The notes beneath the pieces were generated by a model. It was not told where the DNA came from, searched no databases, and saw only the letters and a program-made list of their open reading frames with translations. The translations under genes were made by a program, and so were the position numbers. Source: Flavobacteriales bacterium (GTDB lineage: Bacteria; Bacteroidota; Bacteroidia; Flavobacteriales_F; PHOS-HE28). From it: a stretch of DNA of 55,754 bases. The stretch spans positions 1 through 55,754 of the forward strand of contig JANMKC010000190.1 in the NCBI GenBank assembly GCA_031371785.1, read 5' to 3'. Positions 1-9,795 of this stretch are shown piece by piece (position 1 is the stretch's first letter; each line of letters begins with the position of its first letter).

Positions 1-1
1 T

Positions 2-442
2 GCGGATCAGCAGCCACATGCTCATCACACTGAGCAGGCAGAAGAGCGAATACGCCCGCACTTCATGCGCGAACCCGAAATGGTAGTTGCTGAACGTGAA
101 GAGCGAACACGCGGTGATCCCGAGCAGTTGCCCGCCGAGTCTCCGCGACAACAGGAACAGCGGCCACACCGTGAGCGCGCTGAACAGTGCGGACGGAACA
201 CGCAGCCAAGCGGCATGCAGCGGCACCACGCCGCTCCACCATTTCACCAACAGGAAGTACAACGGCGGATTGTTCTCTGTGCGCAACATCGCGAACAAGT
301 CGGCGAGGTCTTGCTGCGACCAGAAGATCGTGAAAGGTTCATCGTTGGAGATCTCGTTCACGCCGAGCCAACCGAACTTGAGCGCACCGTTCAGCGCCAG
401 CAGACCGACGACCAACAACGTGTCCGTGGAGACCTTGCGCAT
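2..442 (-). CDS. GT-C fold membrane glycosyltransferase (GT39/PMT/ArnT-like), runs off window start
   Basis: Not in the ORF track. Manual translation from ATG at 442: MRKVSTDTLLVVGLLALNGALKFGWLGVNEISNDEPFT...ENNPPLYFLLVKWW...RVPSALFS...AHEVRAYSL. The DE, NPPLY and RxYS motifs are typical of GT-C enzymes. Confidence 0.8.
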   Translation of the reverse strand, partial: MRKVSTDTLLVVGLLALNGALKFGWLGVNEISNDEPFTIFWSQQDLADLFAMLRTENNPPLYFLLVKWWSGVVPLHAAWLRVPSALFSALTVWPLFLLSRRLGGQLLGITACSLFTFSNYHFGFAHEVRAYSLFCLLSVMSMWLLIR

Positions 443-465
443 GCGCCGAAGCTAACGGCACACGA

Positions 466-900
466 TCACACGCGGCGCTGCATCACATAGTGCGCACCGA
501 TACCCGCCATGTCGAAGGGCTCGCCGTGTACCGTGAACCCCAGTCCTTCATAGAAGCGTTTCGCCCCGCCGCGTGCATTGCACCACAACAGGTCCGCCTG
601 CTGCGCGCGCAGATGCTCCATCGCGAAGCCGATCAGTTCGCTGCCCGCACCCTGCCCTTGAAGATCCGGATGAACGGCCATGCCGCGAAGGCGATATTGC
701 TTCCAGCCTTTCAGGCCCTCGTGTTTCTCGGCATAGAAAGACCCGACGCCGATCAGGTGCTCACCAAGGAAAACGCCCAGATGGAAACTCTCAGGGTTGC
801 GGTCGTTCGGGTAGTCGCAGTCAGCGAGGGTCTCGTGCGGGCGCAACACGAGGTGCCGCAGGGTGTGCGTGTCGGTGGCTTTGATGAACTTGATGCGCAT
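466..900 (-). CDS. GNAT family N-acetyltransferase
   Basis: RLRGMAVHPDLQGQGAG acetyl-CoA motif A; LWCNAR..AKRFYEGLGF motif B. Confidence 0.9.
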   Translation of the reverse strand: MRIKFIKATDTHTLRHLVLRPHETLADCDYPNDRNPESFHLGVFLGEHLIGVGSFYAEKHEGLKGWKQYRLRGMAVHPDLQGQGAGSELIGFAMEHLRAQQADLLWCNARGGAKRFYEGLGFTVHGEPFDMAGIGAHYVMQRRV

Positions 901-951
901 GGAGAATACCGGCGCAACAAAGTTGGGGAGATGGGCAACGCCGCGCCAGTA

Positions 952-2037
952 TCAACTGGTATGTTCCGTCGGCGCTTCCTCAAGCACCGCACGTTCGTAG
1001 TAACTGATGATGACCGTGGTGAGCGGTAGCGCGATGATCATGCCGGTGATGCCGAAGAGATAGCCCCAGATCGACAGCGAGAGAAGAATGTACTGTGGTC
1101 GCAACCCGGTGTTCTTCCCCTGTATGCGCGGGGTGAGCAACATGCCGTCCAATGCGTAGGCGACCATGTACACCAGCAGGGCGAGCAACATGATGGGACC
1201 TATCGAACGCTGCTCCTCCAGGGCCAACAGCCCCGCACTGAACAAGGCCATCGGCAAGGTGAGCAAGGACAAATAGGGGATCACGCTCAACACGCCCGCG
1301 ATCAACCCCAGTACAAGCGCCAGCGGCAACCCGATCATCCAAAAGCCGAGCACGTAGACCACGGTAAGCACCATCGCCAGTTTCAACTGGCCCCGGAACC
1401 AGAGGTTCATCACGCGCTGCAGATCCCCGATCACACCGGTGATGTGCCTGCGGTAGCCGGAAGGGATCAATTTCTCCCAGTTCTCTTTCACATCCTCCTC
1501 ATCGATCAGGATGAAAAGCAGATAGATGATCGTGGTGAACACACCGACCAGGCCAAGAACCCAACCGAACACATTGCTGATGCCCGACCAGAACCCGGGG
1601 AGCACTTTTCGCGCAGCAGCCAACACGTTCTCTTCCGTGAGGTACCGTTGCGGATCGATCGCCGCGATCCGAGCGAACACATCATGCAGCCACGGCGTTT
1701 GCTGCGCCTGCGCCTGCCAGAGCGGGAATTCGATCGCCATGAGCGAGCCGAAGCGCTGTGCCTCCTTGGTGATCTGCGGCGCGATCAGCATGACAAAGCC
1801 GATCATCAGCCCGAACAGCAGCGCGAGCGTGATCATCACGGCCACAGCTTGGTTCCGCACCAATTTCCTCACGCGGTCCACCGTGGGGTCGAGCAGGTAG
1901 GCGATCACCAGCGCGATGAAGAAAGGCATGAGCACCGCGCTCAATAGATGCAGAAACCAGCCAATGACAGCGATCACCGCTACGACCAGCACGATGTACA
2001 GGAAGCGTTCGAGGGAGATGGTGCGACCGGTGTTCAT
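952..2037 (-). CDS. AI-2E (PerM/UPF0118) family transporter
   Basis: 361 aa, multi-TM; PFFIALVIAYLLDP, IPYLS, LTPRIQG, FGITGMIIALP motifs. Confidence 0.9.
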   Translation of the reverse strand: MNTGRTISLERFLYIVLVVAVIAVIGWFLHLLSAVLMPFFIALVIAYLLDPTVDRVRKLVRNQAVAVMITLALLFGLMIGFVMLIAPQITKEAQRFGSLMAIEFPLWQAQAQQTPWLHDVFARIAAIDPQRYLTEENVLAAARKVLPGFWSGISNVFGWVLGLVGVFTTIIYLLFILIDEEDVKENWEKLIPSGYRRHITGVIGDLQRVMNLWFRGQLKLAMVLTVVYVLGFWMIGLPLALVLGLIAGVLSVIPYLSLLTLPMALFSAGLLALEEQRSIGPIMLLALLVYMVAYALDGMLLTPRIQGKNTGLRPQYILLSLSIWGYLFGITGMIIALPLTTVIISYYERAVLEEAPTEHTS

Positions 2038-2055
2038 GGGCGGGTCCGAAGCAAA

Positions 2056-2769
2056 CTATTCGCGCGGTCCGATATCCGCAGGAATGCCGATAACCGGGCC
2101 GATACGTTGGAGCAATGAATCGCATTGCGGGAAGAACCGCGCCTTGTCCATCCGGTGGTCGGCGTCAGGGAACCACGCGCATCCGATCACTTCCTGACCT
2201 GCACTGCCGGTGATGCTCACGTCGGCATGAATGCGCCTATGTGATAGGGATGGATCACTCTGTGACGATCCCAACAGAAGGATCCCGTTCCGGTCAAGCA
2301 TCTGTTCCATCGCCGTGAACGGCAAGGGCAGGTCAAGAAAGAGTTCCTTCTGGTAATGGATGACAATGGCATCGGGCAGGATATCGGCATACTTCCTAGG
2401 ACTGAACAAAGCCGCCCACAACGCCCAGATCAGGCCGGGGATCAAGGTGATCACCGCCACTTTTCGGAAGAGCCTGCCCTTGTCGCCGCGCAGAACAAGA
2501 GCGACCACGATGCCTACGGCGAACGCTGAGACCAATGCGATCGCCAACGCACCGAGGATCCTTTCAGATGCAGTGTGTTCAGCCACGACCAGGGTGATGC
2601 TCGACAATCCGAGGTAGCCATGCCTGAACATCAATTCCTCGGACGGCAGGCCACGGTAGGCGATCGCGTAGACCCCCCACCAACCGAGCCGTATCGCGCC
2701 GATCACCAACGCGCCCAGCATCAGGTAGTGTAGCGCACTACGCGTGTTGTCGTCCAGTTCCCACTTCAT
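2056..2769 (-). CDS. hypothetical membrane protein
   Basis: 237-aa ORF with about 3 hydrophobic segments; co-oriented and tightly packed between its neighbours. Confidence 0.65.
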   Translation of the reverse strand: MKWELDDNTRSALHYLMLGALVIGAIRLGWWGVYAIAYRGLPSEELMFRHGYLGLSSITLVVAEHTASERILGALAIALVSAFAVGIVVALVLRGDKGRLFRKVAVITLIPGLIWALWAALFSPRKYADILPDAIVIHYQKELFLDLPLPFTAMEQMLDRNGILLLGSSQSDPSLSHRRIHADVSITGSAGQEVIGCAWFPDADHRMDKARFFPQCDSLLQRIGPVIGIPADIGPRE

Positions 2770-2788
2770 CGCAGGACGAAGATCACGC

Positions 2789-3934
2789 TTACTTGATGTA
2801 GCGGAGATCCTGCCCGCTCTTCAATGCCCGCAAAGAAGCGGTGATCAACTTGATCACGTTCTCCACATCCTCGCGATGCACGCTTTCTACCGTGGTGTGC
2901 ATGTACCGCAGCGGCAAACTGATGAGCGCGCTCGGAACACCGGCTGCGCCATAAGCGAAGGCATCAGTGTCCGTACCCGTGGCTCGGCTTACCGCAGCGC
3001 GCTGGAACTTGATCTTCTCTTTGTCGGCCGCGCCGATGATCAGCTTCAGCAGGTTGTTGTGCACCGCCGGACCATAGCTCAGCACCGGCCCCCCGCCGCA
3101 GGATACATCACCGTTCTGGATCTTGTTCATCATCGGGCTCTGTGTGTCGTGCGTAACGTCCGTCACGATCGCCACATCGGGCTTGATGCGCTCCACGATC
3201 ATTTCCGCGCCGCGAAGACCCACTTCCTCTTGCACGCTGTTGGTGATGTACAGGCCGAAGGGCAACTTCACTTTGCTCTCCTTCAGCAGGCGTGCTACCT
3301 GCGCGATCATGAAGCCGCCCATGCGGTTGTCCAGTGCGCGGCCCACATAGTGTTTCCCGTTCAGCACCATGAACTCATCCTCGTATGTGATCACGCATCC
3401 CACATGCACGCCCAGCTTCTCCACCTCCGCCTTGTTGGCGCAGCCACAGTCGAGAAAAATGTTGTCCAATGAGGGCGTTACCTCCGTCTTGCCATTGCGC
3501 ACGTGGATCGCGGGCCAGCCGAAGATGGCTTTCACAACGCCCTTGTCCGTGTGGATGTTCACCCGTTTGCTGGGTGCGATGAGGTGGTCGCTTCCGCCAT
3601 TGCGCCGAACATAGATGAAGCCCTCCTTCGTGATGTAATGCACGAACCAGCTGATCTCATCCGCGTGTGCTTCGATCACCACTTTGTACTTCGCTGTGGG
3701 GTTGATCACCCCCACCGCCGTGCCGTAATTGTCCGTGAAGTGCGTGTCGATGTAAGGATTCAGGTAGTCAAGCCAGATGCGCTGCCCGCTACTTTCGAAA
3801 CCCGTCGGGCTGGCATTGTTCAGGTAGCGCTCCATGAAGTCGAGCGCTGGTTTGTCCAAGATGCTCTTCCACTTGCCCGCTTTGGTCGTTGAGACGGCGG
3901 TCCCCTTCTTCGTTCCTTTCTTCTTCTTGGCCAT
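2789..3934 (-). CDS. M42 family metallopeptidase
   Basis: AHADEI, RALDNR, VQEEVGLRGA, TGTDTDA and PLRYMHT metal-ligand motifs. Start set at MAKKKKG (3934), not the upstream extension in the track. Confidence 0.92.
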   Translation of the reverse strand: MAKKKKGTKKGTAVSTTKAGKWKSILDKPALDFMERYLNNASPTGFESSGQRIWLDYLNPYIDTHFTDNYGTAVGVINPTAKYKVVIEAHADEISWFVHYITKEGFIYVRRNGGSDHLIAPSKRVNIHTDKGVVKAIFGWPAIHVRNGKTEVTPSLDNIFLDCGCANKAEVEKLGVHVGCVITYEDEFMVLNGKHYVGRALDNRMGGFMIAQVARLLKESKVKLPFGLYITNSVQEEVGLRGAEMIVERIKPDVAIVTDVTHDTQSPMMNKIQNGDVSCGGGPVLSYGPAVHNNLLKLIIGAADKEKIKFQRAAVSRATGTDTDAFAYGAAGVPSALISLPLRYMHTTVESVHREDVENVIKLITASLRALKSGQDLRYIK

Positions 3935-4077
3935 GTTCGATGCGTTGGGGCGATCCCTGGATGAAGCTCCGGGTGCGTTACCATGCGAGCGCCCAAAACT
4001 ACCCGCCTGGGCGGTCGCGAACATCCGGCCCAACCTCCGCGTATTAACAGCCGCTTCGCAAAAAACCGAACTCCAAC

Positions 4078-6114
4078 ATGGACCTCCGCGCGTTCCTCTC
4101 CCCCGCGTCGTTGCTGATCCCCGCACTGTTGCTGGCCCAAGCCGCCGAGCAACGCACCGACACGCCCTTCGACAAGGAGCACTTCGCCAATGCCAATGGG
4201 CTGAAGAAAGCACTGTCCGCCATCAAGCAAGGGGATGCCCTGTTCCAGAACGGTGGCACGCACTATACCGAAGCGCTCGAGCAATACGACCAAGCATACA
4301 CCCTCAACCCCGACAATGCCGAGCTGAATTTGAAGATGGGCCTGTGCCACCTCAATGGCCGTTACCATTACAAAGCGGTCGGCTTCTTCCAGAACGCGTA
4401 CGCGCTGCAACCCAGCATACCCCGCATCCACTTCCTCCTCGGCTATGGCTACCAGCTCACCGCCGAATGGGACAAGGCGATCGCGGAGTATGGCCTGCAC
4501 CGCGCCTCGATGGGCCGCGCCGCACCGGATCCCGAACCGATGTACAACAGCGCCGACCGGCGCATCGCCGAGTGCAACAATGGCAAAGCCTTCTATGCGA
4601 AACCGACTTCCGGCCAGGTCAGCAACATGGGGCCGGCCATCAACAGCGAAGTGGCCGATTACGGCGTGCTGATCACCGCCGATGGTGAGCACATGATGTT
4701 CACCAGCCGCCGCAACAACAGCACCGGTGGGAAGATCAACAAGGCCACGCACGAGTACTTCGAAGACATCTATGCCTGCGATCGTGCCGCTTCGGGCTGG
4801 ACCGAACCCCTGCCCATGGCGCAGCCGGTGAATTCGCCCATCAATGATGCCTCTGTGGGCCTCTTCAACGACGGCCGTACCATGATCGTGTACCGCGACG
4901 TTGACGGCACGGGCGATCTGTTCGAAACCAAGCGCGAAGGCGATATATGGAGCGAACCCGTCACCTTGGGCGGCAATGTGAATTCCGGAGCCAACGAGAG
5001 CAGTGCCTGGTACAGTTTCGACCGCAAGCAACTCTTCTTCGTGAGCGACCGCGAAGGCGGGCAGGGCGGCCAAGACATTTATGTGAGCCGCTGGGATGAT
5101 GTGGACAAGCAATGGGGCATCGCGGAGAATCTCGGAGCGACCATCAATACGCCGGAAGATGAGGATGGCGTATTCATACACCCCGATGGAAAGACCCTCT
5201 ATTTCAGCAGCAAGGGCCACAACTGCATGGGGGGCTACGATGTGTTCAAGAGCACCCTTGCGGACGGTCATTGGTCCAAACCGGAAAACCTCGGCTGGCC
5301 GATCAATTCGCCCGACGACGATCTCTTCTTCGTGCTCACCGCGGACGGCAGCACCGGTTACTTCAGCAGCGTACGCCCCAGCGGGATGGGCGAGGATGAC
5401 ATCTATCGCGTGGATTTCCTGCCGGAAACAAAAGGCGAGGAAACGGCCTCGCTCACCACCACAGGAAAACCGGCCAAGGAGAATACGAACGCCATGAGGA
5501 CCGTGCTCCTGAAGGGGCGCATCATGGACCTGAAGATGCTCGCCGGCATGGAGGCCACCATCGAACTGATGGACCTGCAGGATGCCCATCTCGTGGCCAC
5601 CTTCACCAGCGATGCCAAGACCGGTGAGTTCATGGCCGCATTGCCGAGCGGGCACGACTATGCCATGAGCATTCATGCCGACGGTTTCCTTTTGCACTCC
5701 GAGAACATCAGCATGCCTGCCGATGGCGGATCACTGGAGATGAACATGAACATCACCTTGCAACCGATCGAGACCGGCCATCAGGAAGTGATGCGCAACA
5801 TCTTTTTCGAGCGCGACCTGGCCGCACTGAACCCCACCTCGCTCGCCGAAATGGGCCAGCTACTAAGCTTGTTGCGAGAGAACCCCAAGCTGCGACTCGA
5901 GATCGGCGGCCACACGGACAGCGATGGCACGGTTGAACACAATGACCAGCTGAGCAATGCCCGCGCACAGGCCGTGGTCGATCACTTGATCGCCAATGGT
6001 ATCGCACCCGATCGGCTGCAGGCCAAGGGCTATGGATCCAATCAAGGACTGGTGGCCAATGATACCGAGGAGCATAAGGCGCAGAACCGACGGACGGAGA
6101 TGCGCGTGCTCTAG
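4078..6114 (+). CDS. TPR + PD40 beta-propeller + OmpA domain protein (PorE-like)
   Basis: Signal peptide, TPR-like N-terminus, repeated NLGxxINS/T...FxS units, and C-terminal GHTDSDG...NDQLSNARAQAV...GYG...NRRTE OmpA motif. Confidence 0.88.
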   Translation: MDLRAFLSPASLLIPALLLAQAAEQRTDTPFDKEHFANANGLKKALSAIKQGDALFQNGGTHYTEALEQYDQAYTLNPDNAELNLKMGLCHLNGRYHYKAVGFFQNAYALQPSIPRIHFLLGYGYQLTAEWDKAIAEYGLHRASMGRAAPDPEPMYNSADRRIAECNNGKAFYAKPTSGQVSNMGPAINSEVADYGVLITADGEHMMFTSRRNNSTGGKINKATHEYFEDIYACDRAASGWTEPLPMAQPVNSPINDASVGLFNDGRTMIVYRDVDGTGDLFETKREGDIWSEPVTLGGNVNSGANESSAWYSFDRKQLFFVSDREGGQGGQDIYVSRWDDVDKQWGIAENLGATINTPEDEDGVFIHPDGKTLYFSSKGHNCMGGYDVFKSTLADGHWSKPENLGWPINSPDDDLFFVLTADGSTGYFSSVRPSGMGEDDIYRVDFLPETKGEETASLTTTGKPAKENTNAMRTVLLKGRIMDLKMLAGMEATIELMDLQDAHLVATFTSDAKTGEFMAALPSGHDYAMSIHADGFLLHSENISMPADGGSLEMNMNITLQPIETGHQEVMRNIFFERDLAALNPTSLAEMGQLLSLLRENPKLRLEIGGHTDSDGTVEHNDQLSNARAQAVVDHLIANGIAPDRLQAKGYGSNQGLVANDTEEHKAQNRRTEMRVL

Positions 6115-6140
6115 TTCCCGCAGGCCTCCTTCTGCGGGAA
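6115..6140. repeat. 9-bp stem hairpin after the OmpA gene (REP-like or terminator)
   Basis: TTCCCGCAG-N8-CTGCGGGAA; no U tract. Confidence 0.5.
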
Positions 6141-6251
6141 GGGCGTCCGTCCGGTCATCGACCTGTGTTGGCCAAATGGCCATACCCCTGATCCACCTAC
6201 ATTTGCCGGTCCTTTTCGCAGCCTATACCCCTTCCTTGGCAAATGGAAGCC

Positions 6252-6758
6252 ATGAGCGAACATACCATCCCCTTCTCAGGATTGAAAGACGGCGCGCATG
6301 CGTTCGACTTCCTGTTGAACGATGCCTTCTTCAAGGCCACCGGGGTGGAAGAGTATTTGGGAGGCAAGGTGAAGGCGCATGTGGACATGGACAAGAGCGA
6401 GCACCTGCTGGTGACCACCATACATGTCGACGGCAAGGTGGCCATGCTCTGTGACCACTGCAACGCACCGATGCAGCAGCTCGTGAAAGGTGACCAACGA
6501 CAGATCTTCAAGCTGCTCGATGAGGAGGATGGCGATGATGATGAACTGGTGACCATCGGTCCGCGCGCGCACGAGGTGAGCCTGACCCATTACTTCTTCG
6601 AGTGCATCAGCCTGCACATGCCCATTCGCCACGTTCACCCCAAAGGCCAATGCGACCCGGAAGTGGACGGTGCCCTGAAGAAGATCCAACTGGAACATGA
6701 ACCTGTGCCCGACCCTCGCTGGGAAGCGCTCAAGGCCCTGAAGAACAAGACCCGATAA
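6252..6758 (+). CDS. DUF177/YceD family protein
   Basis: IPFSGLKDG, CDHC, DPRWEALKAL; conserved position upstream of rpmF. Confidence 0.88.
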   Translation: MSEHTIPFSGLKDGAHAFDFLLNDAFFKATGVEEYLGGKVKAHVDMDKSEHLLVTTIHVDGKVAMLCDHCNAPMQQLVKGDQRQIFKLLDEEDGDDDELVTIGPRAHEVSLTHYFFECISLHMPIRHVHPKGQCDPEVDGALKKIQLEHEPVPDPRWEALKALKNKTR

Positions 6759-6807
6759 TCGAAAGACCCCGACATGCAACTGCCGGTCGGGACAACCCTG
6801 AACGACC

Positions 6808-6999
6808 ATGCCAAACCCGAAACGCCGATTTTCCAAGACCCGCACTGCGAGCCGCCGAAGCACCAAGAAGGCTGCCGTACCTACGCTGAGCACCGACAGC
6901 GCCACGGGCGAAATACACCTGCGTCACCGCGCTTACCAAGTAGGGGATGACCTGATGTACCGCGGCAAGGTGGTTTCCACCAAGACCAAGGCCGAGTAA
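6808..6999 (+). CDS. rpmF: 50S ribosomal protein L32 (no zinc-binding cysteines)
   Basis: MPNPKRRFSKTRTASRR...HLRHRA...YRGK; synteny. Confidence 0.95.
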   Translation: MPNPKRRFSKTRTASRRSTKKAAVPTLSTDSATGEIHLRHRAYQVGDDLMYRGKVVSTKTKAE

Positions 7000-7050
7000 C
7001 GCGCCTATGACCTTCATTTGCCCTCCGCCCGGAAGAGGGCCGGGTGAGGC

Positions 7051-7989
7051 ATGAGGATCGGATTGGACATCATGGGCAGCGACCACGGCCCGGTCGTGCC
7101 CATTCGTGCTGCCGTGTTGGCGGCGAAGGAACTGCCCGCTGATGTGCGGCTGGTCCTCATCGGCGATCCCGCCATCATTCAAACTGGCTTGAGGGCGGAA
7201 GGCGCAGACCCCGCAGCCTTCGATATCGTTGAGAGCGCTGACGATATCACCTTCGACGACAACGCCACCAAGGCGCTCGGCCTGAAACCCCGCAGCAGCA
7301 TCAGTATCGGTTTCCAACTGCTGAAGGAAGGAAGTCTCGATGCCTTCGCCAGCACCGGCAACACCGGCGCGATGCTCGTAGGCAGCATCTTCAGTGTGAA
7401 GCCCATTTCCGGCGTGATCCGGCCATGCATCCCTACCGTGATGCCCAAGGAAAGCGGCGGATATGGCATCATCCTCGACGTGGGTGCGAACGCGGATTGC
7501 AAGCCCGATGTGCTCTGCCAGTTCGGGCTGCTGGGCTCGCTCCTGGCGGAATCCGTCTATGGCATCCAGAACCCCAAGGTGGCGCTGCTCAACATCGGCG
7601 AGGAGGACAAAAAGGGCAACGTGGTGACCCAAAGCGCCTTCGGGCTGATGAAGGAGAGCGGCCAGTTCAACTTCGTGGGCAACATCGAAGGCCGCGATCT
7701 TTTCAATGACAAGGCCGATGTGATCGTCACCGATGGCTTCACGGGCAACATTGTCCTCAAGGCCGTCGAAGCGTTCCATGACCTGCTGAAGACACGGGGG
7801 GTGCATGAGCCCTTCTTCGATCGCTTCGATTACGAGAACTACGGTGGCTGTCCCGTGCTGGGGGTGAACGGCAATGTGATGATCGGCCACGGCATCAGCA
7901 ATGACATCACCATCAAGAACCTCCTGCACCTGAGCCGCAATGTGGTACACGCACGGCTGAACGAGCGGATCAGGGATGCGTTCCAATGA
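7051..7989 (+). CDS. plsX: phosphate acyltransferase
   Basis: IGLDIMGSDHGP, STGNTGA, LDVGANAD, LLNIGEEDKKG, TDGFTGN. Confidence 0.95.
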   Translation: MRIGLDIMGSDHGPVVPIRAAVLAAKELPADVRLVLIGDPAIIQTGLRAEGADPAAFDIVESADDITFDDNATKALGLKPRSSISIGFQLLKEGSLDAFASTGNTGAMLVGSIFSVKPISGVIRPCIPTVMPKESGGYGIILDVGANADCKPDVLCQFGLLGSLLAESVYGIQNPKVALLNIGEEDKKGNVVTQSAFGLMKESGQFNFVGNIEGRDLFNDKADVIVTDGFTGNIVLKAVEAFHDLLKTRGVHEPFFDRFDYENYGGCPVLGVNGNVMIGHGISNDITIKNLLHLSRNVVHARLNERIRDAFQ

Positions 7990-7993
7990 GTTG

Positions 7994-8082
7994 TACCGCA
8001 AAAAGCGTGAAGGAGAGAGACCGATGAAAAGACCACCGCTGCCCGATCCGCATTCTTTGCGCTCTTCGCGTCCTTTGCGGTA
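7994..8082. repeat. intergenic imperfect inverted repeat built from ~9-nt CGCAAAG/CGCGAAG units
   Basis: TACCGCAAAaagCGtGAAG ... CTTTGCGctCTTCGCGtcCTTTGCGGTA. Confidence 0.6.
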
Positions 8083-8092
8083 ATACCACACC

Positions 8093-9085
8093 ATGAAAAC
8101 CACCGCCGCCATCACTGCTGTCCAAGGCTACTTGCCAGATTTCGTTCTGAGCAACGCCGTGCTCGAAACCATGGTGGACACGAACGACGCGTGGATCACC
8201 GAGCGCACGGGCATCAAGGAGCGACGTATCCTGAAGGGCAAGGATCAAGGTCTGAGCGTGATGTGCGTGGAAGCCGTGAAGGGGCTCTGTGCCAAGCGCG
8301 GCATCGACCCGATGGAGATCGACCTGCTGATCTGTTGCACCGTTACCGCCGACTATCAGTTCCCGGCTACGGCCAATGTGATCTGCGACAAGGTGGGCGC
8401 GAAGAACGCGTGGGGCTTCGACCTGAACGCGGCATGTTCGGGTTTTCTCTATGGCCTTACCACTGGAGCGCAGTTCATCGAGACCGGCAAGCACAAGAAA
8501 GTAGTGGTGGTCGGTGGCGACAAGATGTCCTCGATCATCGACTATACCGACCGCGCCACGTGCATCATTTTCGGCGATGGTGCCGGTGCGGTCCTGCTCG
8601 AGCCGAACACGGAAGGCGTCGGCATCCTCGACAGCATCCTTCGCGCCGATGGCAGCGGCTGCCAATACCTGCACCAGAAGGCAGGCGGTTCAGCGCGCCC
8701 TTCCACGATCCGTAGTGTTGAGGCCAAGGAGCACTATGTGTACCAAGAGGGCAAGGCCGTGTTCAAGTTCGCGGTAACCAACATGGCCGACGTGAGCGCC
8801 GAGATCATGGAACGCAATGGCCTGAAAAGCGAGGACGTGGCGTGGCTCGTCCCGCACCAAGCGAACAAACGCATCATCGATGCCACCGCGCACCGTATGG
8901 GGCTCGACGATAGCCGCGTGATGGTGAACATCGAGAAGTTCGGCAACACCACCAGCGGCACACTACCTCTTTGCCTGTGGGAATGGGAGCCCCGACTGAA
9001 GAAGGGCGACAACATCATACTCAGTGCCTTTGGTGGTGGCTTCACATGGGGAGCTATCTACCTCAAGTGGGCTTACGGCGGCTGA
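8093..9085 (+). CDS. fabH: beta-ketoacyl-ACP synthase III
   Basis: WITERTGIKERR, AACSGF (catalytic Cys), FGDGAGA, PHQAN, GNT, FGGGFTWG. Confidence 0.97.
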   Translation: MKTTAAITAVQGYLPDFVLSNAVLETMVDTNDAWITERTGIKERRILKGKDQGLSVMCVEAVKGLCAKRGIDPMEIDLLICCTVTADYQFPATANVICDKVGAKNAWGFDLNAACSGFLYGLTTGAQFIETGKHKKVVVVGGDKMSSIIDYTDRATCIIFGDGAGAVLLEPNTEGVGILDSILRADGSGCQYLHQKAGGSARPSTIRSVEAKEHYVYQEGKAVFKFAVTNMADVSAEIMERNGLKSEDVAWLVPHQANKRIIDATAHRMGLDDSRVMVNIEKFGNTTSGTLPLCLWEWEPRLKKGDNIILSAFGGGFTWGAIYLKWAYGG

Positions 9086-9148
9086 GCCGGGACTTTCTAC
9101 ATTGGCGATCCTTCTTCGGAAGGCAGCCTGAACCAAATGAGCGAACCG

Positions 9149-9628
9149 ATGAACCTAACGCAGATCCAAGAACTGATCAAGTTCGTGGCCAAGAGCGGTG
9201 TGAGCGAGGTGGAGATCGAGCAGAAGGATTTCAAGATCAGGATCACCACCCCTTCCGGAAAAGTGCAAATGGTGGCCGCACCTGTGCAGATGCAGGTCGC
9301 TGCCGCACCTGCTGCTGCTCCCGCTGCCGCGACCGTCACTTCGAGCGGAGCCGAGAAGCCAGCCGCCGCACCTGCTGCCGACAGCAAGTACATCACCATC
9401 AAAGCCCCGATGATCGGTACGTTCTACCGCGCTGCCGGTCCGGGCAAACCCATTTTCGCCAACGTCGGAGACACCATCGAGAAGGGCAAGCCCATCTGCA
9501 TCATCGAAGCGATGAAGCTCTTCAACGAAATAGAGAGCGAGGTGACGGGCAAGATCATCAAGGTGCTCGTGGACGACGCGAAGCCCGTTGAATACGATCA
9601 GCCATTGTTCCTCGTGGATCCCGCTTAG
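9149..9628 (+). CDS. accB: acetyl-CoA carboxylase biotin carboxyl carrier protein
   Basis: Ala/Pro linker, PMIGTFY, EAMKL biotinylation motif; alternative start at 9137. Confidence 0.96.
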   Translation: MNLTQIQELIKFVAKSGVSEVEIEQKDFKIRITTPSGKVQMVAAPVQMQVAAAPAAAPAAATVTSSGAEKPAAAPAADSKYITIKAPMIGTFYRAAGPGKPIFANVGDTIEKGKPICIIEAMKLFNEIESEVTGKIIKVLVDDAKPVEYDQPLFLVDPA

Positions 9629-9632
9629 TTCC

Positions 9633-9778
9633 AAACGCAGAGGCGCGGAGGGGCGCAGAGGAACGCGGAGTTCTCTTTGCCACTGAGGCGCGAATCGCAG
9701 AGCATCATGCCATCGCTTCGGACCTTGATGTCAGCCTCCTACTCTGCGGAACTCCGCGTCCTTAGCGCCTCTGTGTTT
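9633..9778. repeat. intergenic imperfect inverted repeat built from CGCAGAG/CGCGGAG units
   Basis: Left arm AAACGCAGAGGCGCGGAGGGGCGCAGAGGAACGCGGAG; reverse complement of the right arm AAACACAGAGGCGCTAAGGACGCGGAGTTCCGCAGAG. Confidence 0.7.
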
Positions 9779-9795
9779 AATCCCCTGCGCCCTCC

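Noticed and set aside
3820-5697. Long antisense or overlapping ORFs in the track (also 6730-8115, 9739-11151, 27928-29484, 42018-44279, 44853-46319)
   Set aside because: They shadow well-supported genes on the opposite strand, as expected in GC-rich DNA, and carry no recognisable motifs.
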